This document shows positions 1 to 13,048 of a stretch of DNA of 64,000 nt, piece after piece. This DNA is from Cyanophora paradoxa CCMP329 (Eukaryota; Plantae; Glaucophyta), in contig QPMI01000139.1 in assembly GCA_004431415.1 (NCBI GenBank), positions 1-64,000 of the forward strand, in the 5' to 3' direction. Position numbers and translations under genes: made by a program. Positions within the stretch are counted from its first letter, which is position 1. Each line of letters begins with the position of its first letter. The notes below the pieces were generated by a model. The model had not been told where the DNA came from. It saw only the letters and a list, made by a program, of their open reading frames with translations, and did not search any database.

Positions 1-146
1 CCCTAGACCCACGCAGCGATCAGTACGAGCGGCGAGCAAATGTCCACGTACTTGTGAAGGCAGCTCGTTAGGCGCGGCCTGTTCCCCGCGCTCGACCGCG
101 GCGGCGTACGACGTGTGCTTGGAGTTCGGAGTGCGACCCGCTTGCG

Positions 147-3100
147 ATGTGGCGCTCTTTGGGTCCCGGGCCTCTAAAACGGCTCTACAAGTTCCTGTTC
201 AAGCGCCTCATCGGTCGCTTCCTTAAGAACCCGCTCGACATCCGGCAGCTCGACGTGCAGCTCCGCGCGGGCGTCGTTGAGCTGCACAACCTTGAGATAA
301 GAGAGGATGTGCGCTTTCTCGCCCAGCGCTCTCTTTCAGGCTCAACGACGGCAGGTTGTCAACGACATCGTCGGAGTATCCGCGCTGACCGTCAGCAGCG
401 TGCGGCTGGCCAAGGCAGAGCTGCGCATTCCCTGGCGCACGTTCCTGCAGAGCGGAGTGGAGTTCATTCTAAAGGGAATTGAAGTCGTTGTCGAGCCGTC
501 CGGTTCGGGGGCCGCGGTTGTGCGGTTGCGCGTGAAGCGGCGTCTGATGGCGCCTCCAGATGCCGCTCGGCGAGATTCGGGCGGTGCGGGGGCCGCAAGC
601 GCCTGCGCGGCGGAGGCGTCGGCGGGGGAGGAAGCGGCGCGGGGTGCGGAGGCGGCGGAGGAGCTGGAGTCGGACGTGGAGGGGCTGCAGGTGCTGGCGC
701 GGCTCGTGGAGCGGGTCCTCTCGAGCGTGCGCGTGACCGTCCTCGACCTCTCCGTCCGCCTCGAGCTCCGCGCCGCCCCGGCCCCGACCGCCCTCGCCCT
801 CGTCCTCCCCTGGGCCACCCTCGCCCCGCTCCACCCCGAGCAGCCGCCCCCCCCGCCGGCTCCTGGTGGCGCTGGCGCGGGGCCGGGGGCCGAGGAGACG
901 CGCGCGGCGGGGAGGCAGCTGCGCTTCGGGGGCCTGCGGCTCCACGTCGGGGAGCTGCGCGGCCGCCGGCGGGGGAGCTCCGAGGGCGAGGGCGAGACCG
1001 CGGGGAGGAGGAAGGGAGCCCCGCTGGCCGCCCCGCCCGACCCGCCACGAGCTCCCGCTCCTTGCCGCCGCCGGCTCCGACCCGCCCGCCGCCCTCGCCG
1101 CCGCCGCCCTCGCCGCGGGGAGCGCGGGGAGGGCCGGCGGACAGCGTGACGTGGCGGCGGCTGGCGCCAGCGGCGGACGGGCGCAGCGGTCGAGATCGAC
1201 GCCCGCATCGCCGCAATCCACGTGCGGCCCACCCGCCACCGGCCGCCCGCCGCGCCCTCACCCGCCCGACAGGCCCGCCTCTCCCCGCGGCAGCTCGAGC
1301 AGCTCCGTGCCCTCGCCGCCGCTGTCTCCGAAGCCGCCGCCGCCGCGCGGCCGACGCCGCGGCCAGCGACGGCGGAGGGCGGGGCGGGGGAGGGCGGGCG
1401 GGTGTGGGTGACGGCGTCCGGGGCGGAGGTGCTGGCGCTGGGGGAGGGCGGGGAGGGGCCGGAGGGGGCGCTGGTGGAGGTGCTGCGGCACTCGGTGGGA
1501 GACCTCTCCGCTGCGGAACTCCTCTGCGAGGCCGCCGGCGAGGCCGCCCCGGGGGCCCCGCACCCCGACCCCGACTTCGACGAGGAGGAGGGGGAGCTGG
1601 AGGGGGAGGAGGGCGCGGGCGGGGAGGAGGCGGAGGAGGAGTCACTGGCGGCGTCGCTGCACGGGCTCGAGGGGCGCCCGGCGGGCCCGTCGGGCGCGCC
1701 TGCGCGGCCCTCAGGCGGGCCCGGCGCCCCGGCGGCGCCTCGTGGGGCGCGCCTGCGCCTGGGGGGCTCTCCCTCGCCCTCCTCACCGACTCCCTCTCCG
1801 ATGGGCGCGCTTGCGACTCCGCCCCGCCCGCGCCGCGCCGCGCCGCTGACGGCCGGCCGGCAGGTGCTCGGCGCACGCCTTCCCGCCCCTCATGTCCGAG
1901 CACGCCGCCCTTCTTACGACCTCCTGCTCGATCCTGTCCGCCCCGCCCCGCCCCGCCCGCCGCCCCGCCGTGTCGTGACGCGAGGCTCGGGGCGCAGGTA
2001 CCGGGGGGAGGGCCCCGGGGCGCCCCTGGTGGAGGCGAGCGTGGCGCGCCTCGCGGCCGCTGAGTTCCTTTTCCGCGGCGCGCCCGCCCGCCCGTCTAAC
2101 CCGCCGGCCCCGGCGGCCGCGCTGACGGGCGCCGCAGGGCCGAGGCGCCCGTCGCCGACCGCGCCATCGACCGCGCCCTCGCCGCCGCCCGCCGCGCCGC
2201 CGCCGCCCACGCCGCCGCCGCCTCCGGCGCGCCCCGCCCCGCCGGCGCCGGCGGCGGCGGCGGGCCCGGGCGGGAGGCTCCAGCGGGGGAGGAGGAGGAC
2301 TGGGACGCCTTCGGCCCGCCCGGCGACCCGAGGCGCGCCCGCCCCGCCCGCGCCACTCCCGCCCCACGCGTGCGTGACGGGGCGCGCAGCCTCTTCCACC
2401 GCATCCCGCTCCTCTCGTTCGGGGGGCCGCCGGGGACGAGCCGGGGCCGTGGGGCGGAGGCGCGGGCGCACGTGCGGGTGCGGGTGGAGGTGCGGGAGGG
2501 AGCGGGCGGGGCGCTGGAGGCGGCGGGGGCGGAGGTGCAGCTCGAGGCCGCCACCCTCCAGCTCCTCCCCTCCACCCCGGACCGCCTCGCCCCCTTCCTC
2601 CGCCCCGCCCCGGCCCCCGCCCCAGCCACCCCCCGCCCCGCCTCCTCTGCCCCGTGCGCCCGCACCGCACCGCCCGCACCCTCCTCCCGCGCGCTGAGCG
2701 GCGCGGCAGGCCCCTTCTCCCGCCCCGCAGCCGGCGGCCCCGCTGCGGGTGGCCGTCACCGCACCCTCCCTGCACGTGCGCCTGCGGTTCCCGCGCCCGC
2801 GGCCCCCGCCGGCAGCTTCTGCCCCTCCGGGTGCGCGCCGACCACGCCTTCTCGCGCGGCGCGCCGGGCCGACCGACGGGCCGGGCAGGCCGGAGCTGCC
2901 GCGGCGGGAGCTGGTGTCCGTGCACCTGACGGGCCCCGCGGGGAGCCTCGAGCTGCCGCGCGGGCGGGGAGCGCCGCCGCGCCCCTGCGCCTCGCCCTCA
3001 CCTGCGCCGCCCTAAAGGCCGCCCTCGACGCCCGCCCCGCCGTCCGCACCCCACCCTCCGCCGCCCGCCCTTGTCACCCCGCCGCTGAGCGCGTGCGCAG

Positions 3101-6100
3101 TGCCGGTGACCTTCCTCGAGGGGGGGCCCTGCTCGTTCCCGGGCCCCGCCCTGCTGCCCGCCTCGAGCTCACCCTCCGGCCCCGGCCCCGGTGGGGCGGG
3201 GCGGCGGCGGCGGCTGGGGAGGAGACGGCGGGGGAGCGGGAGCGGACGGCGTCGCGGGGCTCGCGGGGCTCGCGGGGCTCCCGCGCGGGGCCGCCCCTCG
3301 CCCGCCCCGGGCCGGGGCCGGGCCGGGCGGGGGCGGAGGCGGGGGCGACGCCTTCTCGGAGGACGAGGCGGCCGGCGCCGCCTTCCGCGAGGCCGCCCTC
3401 GCCGCCGCCGTGCGCCCCGCCCCGCCCCTCGCCCGAGCCCGGCCGAGGGGCGCCGCAGGGCGCCGGCTGGCGGGTCGAGGTGCCTGCGTGGCGCGCGACG
3501 CTCGCCAAGGCCGACTACGACCTCCTCGCCGCCCTCCTCGCCTCCCTCGCCCCGACGCCCCGCGCCCGCCCCCAGCCCCTCCACGCCCCTCCCGGCCCCG
3601 CCCCCTCCCCGGCGCCCCTCTGCCTCGGCCTCCCGGCGGCGGCCGCGGAGGAGGAGGCGGCGGCGGCGCGGGCCGGGCGGCGGTGCCGCGCTCGCCGCGC
3701 TCGGCGCGCTCGTCGTGCCGCTCGCCCTCCCCGGCGCCCTCCGCCGCCTCCTCGGCCGCCTTCCCCTCCCGCCCTCCTCCCGCTCCTCCTCGCCCTCCTC
3801 CGAGGGCCCTCCCTACCCGCCACCCCCGCGCCCCGCGGGGCGCACGGGGCGGCCTCCCATTGACCTCGCCTCCCTCCCCGCCGCCTCCGAGCTCCGCTGC
3901 GGCGCCCCTCCTCCCCATCCGCCCCCGCCTCCGCCGCCGCCCCCGCCGCCGCCCTCGGCGGCCCCTGCCTGGTCCTCTCCTCGGGAGGGCCGCTGCACGC
4001 TCCTCGGGGGCCCCGCGGCGCCCGCCGTGCTGGAGCTCTCGCTGCGGGGCGCGTGGGCGCTGGCGGCGGCGCGCCCGTGCGGGCGCCCGCTCTCGTACCT
4101 CCACGCCGCCGCCGACGAGGCCGCCCTCGAGGAGGCCCCCGCCGCCCCGGGGGCCCCACCGAGCCCCTCTGCGGGCGCGCCCCCTGGTGCCTCGCGGGGG
4201 CCGCCCCGGGAGCGCCCGCCGATGCTCGCGGCGACGCTGGTGGCGTGCGGCGCGGGGCCGGAGGAGGGCCCGCGCGACGTCGCCTGCACCCTCGCCCTCC
4301 ACAACGCCGCCCTCCGCCACCGCCCCGAGTCCGCCTGGCTCCCCGCCCTCACCGCCTTCTTCTCCCCGCCCGACCCCGCCCCGCCCCGCCCGCCGCGGGC
4401 CCCGCCGGAGCGCGCCGGGGCGGTGCGGACGCTGGTGCGGCTGCATGACTCGTGCCTCGAGTGGGGCGTCCCGGCGGGGCCCCCGGGCTCCCGCGGGGGC
4501 TGCGGCGGCGCTGGTGGCGGGGAGCTGCGGGCGCGGCTGCGCGGCGGGTCGCGGCGCTGGCGCCTCGCCGTGCGCGACGCCGCGCTGCACCTCCTCGACG
4601 AGGCGGCGCCGGCCCTCGCCCGCGGCGCCGGGCCCGCCCCCGCCGCCACCCCCGCCGACGCCCTCGAGGCCGCCGGTTTCGCCCGCGTCGCCGAGGCGGA
4701 CGGGCTGCGGCTGCGGGCGGCGGCGCGGGCCTCGCGGCGCGGCTGCGGGCGCTGCGGCTCGCGACGGCGCCGGACTCGCTCGCCCTCCTCGCCGCCCTCG
4801 CCGACCCTTCGCCCGCGACTTCCTCCCGGCCCCGCACCCGCCCCGCCCCGCCCGCGCCCCGCGGGGCCCACGCCCCGCCCGCCCCGCCCCGCCCTCCTCC
4901 GGCCTCGGCGGCCTTGCGGGGGCCGGCGGCGCGGCGGGGCGCGGCGGCGGCGGCTCGCCCCTCGCCGGCATCGACGAGTGCGCCTTCCGGCCGCCCCCGC
5001 CCCAGTCGCGCCCGGCGCCGCCGCCGCCGCCGCCCCGAGCGGGCCCTCGGCGGCGGCCGAGCTGCCCGGGCGGTCTGCGGCGGCGCCCTCGTCATAGCCG
5101 ACTACGTGCGGGACCCCGCGCGCCGCCCCGGGGCCCCCGCCGGCGCCCTCGCCGGGGGTCTGGGCGGGGGCGAGGGCGGGGTGCGGCCCGGGGGAGCTGG
5201 AGGAGGACCTGGAGCCGCTGCTGGGGCGGGGCGCGCCCGACTCGGCGGCCTGCCCCGCCGCCGCCTCCTTCCTGGGGCCCGGGCCCGCGGCCGAGCTTCT
5301 CGTCGAAGCGGCCTCCGAGGGGGGCGGGGACGGGGAGGAGGGGGACCTGGAGGACGGGGAGGGGAGCAGCGGGGCCGAGCACGGCGGGCGGTTGTACGGC
5401 CCCGCCGAGGAGGAGGAGGAGGATGCGGGGAGCGTCTCCAGCGGGGCCTCGAGCGCCGCCTCGGGCTCGAGCGACTACGATCAGTTCGAGGACGCCGCCG
5501 AGTGGCAGGCCCCCGCCCCGGGCCCCAGCCCGGGCGCCTCGCCGCGGGAGGGCGGGGCGGGGGGGCGCGGGGCGGGGCGGGAGGCGGAGCAGCGGGCGGT
5601 GTGGACGGCGCCCGAGGTGGGCGTCCGGGGCCTCCCCATCGTCCCCGACCACCTCGCCGCCCCGCCGCCGGGCCCCGGGGCCCCGCCGCCCCGGCCCCGC
5701 CCCCGCGGACCGCCCGGCGTCGCCGGGGGCGGGGTCCGGGGCCGGCGTGGCGGGTGACGCTGCGCGTGGACCGCGCCTCGTGGGCCCTCTTCGGCGGCTC
5801 CGACTTCGCCCCGCGAGCCCGCCCGGCCCCGCCCGCCCCGCCTCCCGCCCGGGCTCGGGCCCGCGGGGTCCGCCCCTGGCCGGCGCGGGGGCCGGCGGGA
5901 GCGCGGGGCGAGCCCCGGGCGGCGGCGTCGGGGGCACCCTCGGGCTCCTCCTGGCCCCGCCCTCCCTCCTCTCCCGCTCCCCGCCTCCCCGCCCCTCTCC
6001 GCCTCCCCGCATCCCTCCCGGCCGCCTCCCCTTCCGCCCCCCTCCGCCCTCGCCGCCGCCCTTTCCCGCGCCTCCCCGTCTGGTCCGCCGGCGCCGGCGC

Positions 6101-7860
6101 CGGCCGCGGCGAGTGGGGCGGGGGCGGCGGGCCGGTGCAGGCGGGCCGGGGCGGGGAAGCGGGTGGCGCGGGACACGAGCCGCGTGGTGGAGGCGGTGGT
6201 GGAGGGGCTGGCGCTGCGGCACGAGGCGCTGGAGGCCGCCGCGGGGGGCCCCTGGCGGCGAGCGCGGTGCTGACCGTCGCCGAGCTCTTCGTGGAGGACC
6301 GGGTGCGGAGCAGCGGCTGGCGCGCCCTCCTGCGCTACCGCGAGGAGCCCGGCGGCCCCGCGAGACGGGCAGCGCCACCCTCGCCGCCCGCCTCGACACC
6401 GTCCGCCCCGACCCACCCCCCGCCCCCGCCCCCGGGGCGGCGGTCGGCGCCCCGGGGGCCCCGTCCCCCGAGGAGCTCCGCCTCAAGGCACGGCCCCCGC
6501 ACCCGCCATCCCCCTCGCCCGGGCCGGCCTCCTGACGGGGGCGTGTGGCGGCAGGTGGCGCTGCTGCCGCTGCTGGTGAACGTGGACGAGGACACGCTCG
6601 ACTTCCTCGCCGCCTTCTTCGCTGCCGCCGCCGACGCCGGCGCCGGCGCGGGGGGCCCGCCGCCCCGCCCCGCCCGGCCAGGCCCCCGACGACGACCGCG
6701 TCGCCCTCTTCCGTGCGGCCCCCGCCCTCCCGCCTCGCCGCCCGGCCGCCGGAGCGGCGCGCTGAGGGGAGGGGCGCAGAGGTGGTGGAGGTGGGGCGCT
6801 GCGGGTGGCGGTGAGCTTCAAGCCGAAGCGGCACCGGCTGGCGGCGCTCGTGCCCCTCGAGCCCGTCTCCCTCCGCCTGCGCCCCGTCCGCATCGCGGGC
6901 GCCGCCGGCTGGGGCCCCGCCGCCGCCGCCCTCTACGCCGCCTGGCGCGCCGACGTCCGCCGCCGCCAGAAGCTCCGCTGCGCCCGCGGCCTCAAGCCCG
7001 TCCGCTACGCCGCCGAGCTCGCCCGCGCCGCCCGCGCCCTCCTCCTCGCCCCTACGCCCCCGCCCGGGGCCCCGCGGCCTCCTCCGCGGTCCGCCCGCCC
7101 CGCCCCGCCCGCCGCCGGCGGCGTGTGACGGGCGGGCGGGGCAGGCGTGCAGCGGAGCGTCGGCGAGTTCACCGCCCGCCTCTTCGGGTGCGCCCCGGCC
7201 CCGGTCCCCGGCCCGCGGCCCGCGCCCCGGGCCCCGTGGCGACGGGCCGGCCCGCAGGGTGGCGGTGGACACGGGGCTGACGCTGACGGCGGGGGCGGCG
7301 CACGCGCTGGCGGCCGCCGCGGGCCCGACCCCGCCGCCCTCCGCAGCCTCCGCGCCGACCCCCGGACTCCCTCGCCAGGGCCCGCCCCCGGCCCGGCCCC
7401 GCCCCGGCCCCGCCCCCGCCCCGCGCTCACGGCCAAGCCCCGGCCCGCAGGCGTGCAGCAGGGGTACGATGCGCTGCGGCGGGGCCTGCGGACGGCGCGG
7501 CGGGCGCTCGTCTCGCGCCCCGCGGAGACCCTTGCCCGGGCGGGGCCCCTGGTGCCGCCTCCGCGTCCGCAGCGCCCGGCGTGGGGCGCGTGGTCTGAGC
7601 CGGGGGGCAGGGGGCGGCGCGGGCTGCGGTGGAGGGTGTCCCCGTCGCCGTCGGCCACTCCCTCCGCGGCGCCGCCGGTGCGCCCCCGCCTCCCTCGCTC
7701 TCCTCGAGGGGGCTGATGGCTCGGGGGCGGGGCGGGCAGCCGGGGCGGCGAAGGTGATGGCGGGGGTGCGGGCGGCGACGGACCCCGCCTGGGCGGCCGA
7801 CACGCGCGCCAAGTACAAGGGCCACTCCACCCCGGCGCGGGACGGGGGGCGCGAGGCCGG

Positions 7861-7894
<34 letters not shown>

Positions 7895-7975
7895 CGGCGG
7901 GCCTCGTTCGGGCGGCGGGGGCCGGCCCCCGAGGAGGAGGAGGAGCCCGACGAGCTCGCCATGGGCGGCCCGTGA
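147..7975 (+). CDS. ATG2: Autophagy-related protein 2 (lipid transfer protein), multi-exon
   Basis: N-terminal chorein-like segment LKRLYKFLFKRLIGRFL..LDIRQLDVQLRAGVVELHNLEI. Internal ATG2-like segments: LALHNAALRH..WLPALTAFF; LPLLVNVDEDTLDFLAAFF; GVQQGYDALRRGL; C-terminal DPAWAADTRAKYK. Many short introns and apparent indels. Confidence 0.85.
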
Positions 7976-9051
7976 GCCCCCGGCCGCCCCCGGCCCGCCA
8001 CCTTCTTGAATTCGGGGGTCCTGGTCTAGCCCTCCGCGTCGACGTCGTCTTGCAGCTAGCTATAGGCTGCGTGTATAGCACGGTGCCCATGATCATGAAC
8101 GCTGCAGTCTCCAGCATGGTTGAAGAACACCATCTATTTTGCAGCCGGCAGCTGCAAAATTTGCAATACGTTTTTGCGGCCTGCCAGTGCAGCTGCCATG
8201 TGCATGCCATGATGGCCATGCAGCTGCTGCGCTAGTTGGCACCGTCGCACTGCGGCAGGCAGCGATGCATATGATCATGCCATGATGACTCAGTGATTCG
8301 ATGATCATCTAGATCTGGCGAGCCTCGAAGTCGAGCCACCTCGCCCCACTGCCAGGCTGCCAGGCTGGGCAGTGGGCACTGGAATGGGCCGGCGCCACTG
8401 GAGCTCATGATCATCGGATCAAATCATGATCAGTGACGGTGGGCCACTGGGCCACTTCCATTCAAGGGCTTGCAATTGAAAAATCAGATTGATTGCCGCA
8501 GTGCTGCGAACTTCCACTGAAATTTGGCGCGAGAAACTTTGAAATAGACTCTGAGATCTAGATCTAGAACAAAAGCTAGCAGGCCCTGAGCCAATGAGCC
8601 TCGGAGGGTATACGTACGCGTACTACAACTTGCAATGCGCTGGGACGGTCCTTGATAACCGCGTTGAACAGCCGCACTGCGGCAGTCCTCATGATGCCTG
8701 ATCCGTGATCACGATTCATGATCGGCTGCCAACCGTTGAATTGCAGCTCAGCGGCTGCCAGGCTGTGACTGCTCCACTGCCAGGCTGGGGGCCAGCCTGG
8801 CAGGCTGCCACTGGGCCGGGCTGAATACCAGAGACTACATCATGCGGCATGCACATGTGCATTCCCCGTGCCAATAACTGAAGGCCACGCGGCCCTGCGG
8901 CCCCGCGCTCTAAACGATGATCGAATCTTTCACCGAGTCATCTCACGATTGCACGACTGGGCGTGCAGCAAAGCATCGATATCATGGATGGCGGGCCGGG
9001 GGAGGTGGGGGGTGAGGGTGCGTGTGGGTTGGGAGGGAGCGGGGGTGCGGG

Positions 9052-10838
9052 CTAGAGGGAGGCGTCGGCGAGGGAGGCGCGGGGGTCCCAGGAGCGCGCG
9101 GCGCGCAGCTGCTCGTAGAGCGCCCGCTCCGCCTCCGAGAGGCCGCCCCCGCCGGCCGCCGACGCCACGACCTGCACCCGCGCGAAGAGGTCCCCCGCGC
9201 CGCCGCCCTGCCCCCGCCCCGCCCCTCAGCCCGCGACTCCGGGGCCGGGGGGCGCAGCGGGGGCGGACCTTGATGTCGGGCCAGCCCTTGCCCTTGAGGC
9301 GGAGCAGCTGGCCGCTGCGGACCCCCGGGGGCACCTGCATGCGGACCGAGGGGCCGGCGGGGGTGGGGACGTCCACGGTGGCCCCGAGGGCCGCCTCGTC
9401 GGGGGCGAGCGGCAGGTCGACCTCGAGGCGGTGGCCCCCGCCGGGCGCCGCCGCGAGCTTGAAGACCGGGTGCTCGCCCACCTCGCACGCCAGCATCACG
9501 TCCCCGGGCCGCCCCGTCATCGGGTCGGGCGCGCCCCGCCCCGCCACCCGGATCTTTGCCTCGGGGTACGCCCCCGGCGGGATCCGCACCGTCACATTCT
9601 CCTCCCCGCCCGGCCCTGCGCTGCCTCAGGCGCGGGAGAGGCCGGGCGGGGGCGGGGGCCGAGGCGGGGCGCGGACGGGCGAGGCGGATGGAGCGGGTGG
9701 TGCCGCGGTACGCCTCGCTCAGCGAGAGCGAGATCCGCGCCGCCGCCTGCTGCGGCCCCGCGCCGCGCGCCGCCCGGGGCCCCCGGGCCGCCCGCCCGCC
9801 GCGCCGCCGAAGGGGAAGCCGGCCGCCCCGAAGGGCGACCCGCCCCGCCGAAGGGCGAGCCGGCGCCGCCGAAGGGGGACCCGCCGACGTTGACGCGGAA
9901 GTTGCCGGGGCCGCCCCCGCGCCCCCCGCGAAGCGCCCGAGCCTGCGCGGCGGTCACCGGCGGCGCCGGCGGGGGGCGCGGGGGGGCGCGAGGGGCGCAC
10001 AGGTCGTTGATGAACTCGTCGAACGAGCCATAGCGCCCGAAGCTGCGCACAGGCTCAGGTCCGGCTTCGGGGCGGGGCGGGGCGGGGCGGGGCGGGGCGG
10101 AGCGCACTCGCCCATGCCGGGGCCGCCGCCCGGGAAGCCGCCGGCCTGCTTCCAGTACTGCCCGAACTGATCGTACCGCTTGCGCTTCTCGGGGTCGCTC
10201 AGCACCTCGTACGCCTGCCCCGCCCCGCCCCGTCAGGCCGTGCCACCGGCCGGGCGCGGGGGAGGGGTCGGCGGCGCCGCCCGCACCTCGTTGATCTCCT
10301 TGAACTTGGCCTCCGCGCCGGGCGTCCGGTCGATGTCCGGGTGGCACTTCCGCGCCAGCTCCCGGAACGCCGATTTGATCTCCTTCGAGCTCGCGCCCCG
10401 GCTGACCCCCTGCCGTCCCGTGTCGGAGAGGGAAAACGCGGCTCCGCAGCGCGCTCTCGTGCGCACCAGGGTCGCGTAGTAGTCCTTGAAGTCAGTCTTT
10501 GCACACTGGACGTCAGAGACGCGCGGCAGGACCGCCGGCGCGGCCGAAGCCGCCGCTCTGAAAGACAGCCGCTGGCCCAAGAACGAGCCGGCCTCAAACC
10601 GAAGTTGCGCAGCAGGCTTGTTCGAGCTGCGTGGCCTCTTCGCGCAGCTAGCGTGCCGCGCTGAAGGCGCTTCGGCGTTCACGTGCACTCGCGCCCGGTG
10701 AGCGGGGGCGCCCTGCCACATGCATAAGCGGGGCATTGCGAAGCACAGTGAAGATGCTGGACGACGAACCTGCCACGCTAGCCGCGGCGCGCAGAGGGCT
10801 GTTGTAAAGCACGCGTGTAGATCATTCGAGGCTTCCAT
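9052..10838 (-). CDS. DnaJ class II / CbpA-like chaperone, cyanobacterial type, probably plastid-targeted; start approximate
   Basis: J domain [47 protein letters not shown]; [14 protein letters not shown]; C-domain [37 protein letters not shown]-terminal Ala/Arg/Ser-rich extension. Confidence 0.85.
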
Positions 10839-11069
10839 CCGGAGTGCGGGATGCGACCAGAGTCGTTTCAGCGAGCGCTCAAATCCGCTTCTAAACTTCC
10901 AAGTACCGCTATCGCTTGAGGCCACGCGCTTCTCTCAGCCACGAGTTCTGCGTGGTAGCCCCCCCTTCCCCTTCCCCCCTTCGTGCCGATCACAGCAGAT
11001 CGGGCTTCCCCCTCTTGCAAAGGCGGACGCCAGCGTCGTGCAGTGTTCACACGTTCAGCGTTCAGCTCG

Positions 11070-12464
11070 ATGAACGCGTTATTCAGCTTCGCCTCTGTGC
11101 CGGTGCGTGCCGCAGCGCGCGGCGCAGCTCGCACGCGCCGCGGCCCCCCAACTGCGGCCGAGCTCAAACGCGCCCCGCAGATGGTGGCCAGGCGGTCCGA
11201 GGTGGTCAGCCAGGATGAGATCCGCGTGCGGCAGCTTCAGAGCGCTAGCTCCAGCGCAGGAGCTCGAGTGACGATGAAGAAGCGCGGCACCAACCCGGGA
11301 CTTAAGGCGAACAAGCTTGACAAGTGAGCTCTGCCCCAGCGCCGCATGTGCCCCAACGCCACACGTGCTTAGCTTGACCGCGCGTGCAGGTCGTGGTTCC
11401 AGGCGCGCCTTTGCAGAGACGATCCCTAACATTGCCGTGCTTTACCGACACGTCCGCTTCGCAGGTCGCGGAGGTCGGCGTTTGGCCGATCGCCGATTTT
11501 GATCCGAACTGAAGTACGGAATGATCTGACGCGGAACCCCTTCACCCCTTCAGGTCGAGGGCTTCCAGGAGGGGCTGAACCGCATCGCCCTGGAGACGGA
11601 GAACCGGTGCGCGCCGCCCGCGCGCCCTCGCCCCGCGGGGGCCGGCCCGACCGCATCGCGCGCAGGACGGCCTTCTCCGGCGAGCGCGCTCGGGCGCCAG
11701 CGCTGCGCGGAAGGGGCGGGCCTGAGGCCGAGCCGCAGGGAACGCGATCTTCGTGATGAAGGAGGGCGGCGAGTTCTACGCCCTAGACGCGAATTGTAGC
11801 CACATGAAGTGCGCCTGCCCCGCCGACGGGCTGAAGTGCGCTCCCGCCCGCTCTCGCCATGACACGCCGCGCGCGCAGGTTCCCCCTTATCACTGGTCCG
11901 GCCGCATTCGAAAGGGGTTGATCCTAGGAGAGCGCCGTCTGACCTGCCCGCAGGGAAGGTGCAGGAGAACTGCATCAAGTGCCCGCTGCACGGCTCCCGC
12001 TTCGACATCGAGTGCGGCCCGCGCGGCCCCCGCCCGGCTGCAAGCGCGCTGATCGGCTCGGCTCGGCTCCGCAGCACGGGCGAGGCGAAGGCGTGGTGCA
12101 CGTTCCCGCCGGTGCGGCCCCGGCCCCGCCGCCGACCGCGCGGGGCGCGCCGGCCGGAATGCCGAGGCGGGGCGGCGCGCAGGACCCCCTCCACCAGAGC
12201 GTCGTCCCCAAGATCGTGCCCTCCCCTCCTCGCCGCGCGCGGCGCTCCCCTCGGCCGCCCCCCGAGGCGGCCCATGTGCAGGGCGGCTTCAACAACGGCA
12301 CCGCGACGCCCAAGGACATTCGCACGTACCCTACGAAGATCGTCGGCGGTGCGCCCCCGTCCCATCCCAGATCCTCTCCCCGGCTAGCTCAAGCTCGAGC
12401 GCGAGGCGTTGACCCGGGGCCCCCGGGCGCAGGCTTCGTCTACGTGCAGGTGAAGGACCCGTGA
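11070..12464 (+). CDS. Rieske [2Fe-2S] ferredoxin-like protein, putative plastid transit peptide
   Basis: Spliced motifs FYALDANCSH and CIKCPLHGSRFDIE; C-terminus IRTYPTKIV/GFVYVQVKDP*; N-terminus MNALFSFASVPVRAAAR. Confidence 0.8.
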
Positions 12465-12589
12465 GCTCGCGTGGCCATGCTTTCAACAGTGTGAACGAAT
12501 GAGATGCGCACGCCAGCTGCAGCTGTACTCTCAGCTGGAGAAACAAGTTGAGAGGACGCCGGCGGATCCGGAGGGAAATTTAAGGAGGC

Positions 12590-12636
12590 CACTAGGGGGG
12601 ATACATTGCTAGCTATGTATATGATCCCCCCTAGTG
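12590..12636. repeat. Perfect 13-bp inverted repeat (hairpin)
   Basis: CACTAGGGGGGAT (12590-12602) and ATCCCCCCTAGTG (12624-12636). Confidence 0.85.
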
Positions 12637-13048
12637 TTTCTCTCAAGTCGATATCGGCCAGTATAAAAGGGAGATATGACGCGGTCATTTCCAGTACACG
12701 ACCGACGACATCCATTGCCGGCGCCATCGGACCTGATCGGTAAATCGCATTCGTACGGCGGCCCGTACGAAGGTCCGTACGTATATACGGTGCACCCTCA
12801 ATGGCACACGCGCGCGCATGCGCAGGCGCGGGCGCGGGCGCGGGCTAGCGCTTCGCGGGGCGATCGCGAGGGGTCAATATCTAACGGGGAAGCGCGAGAT
12901 CGGGAGCGTGCACGTGCGACGATGTCAGGAGCTTGAGCGCCGCGATGCGAGCTAGCCCGAGCTCGAGAGATGCATTCGGGCAGATCAAATTTATGGGGGG
13001 CCGACCCGCTGCGGGGTACGGCACAGTTCGTCAGACCGAGATCTAACC

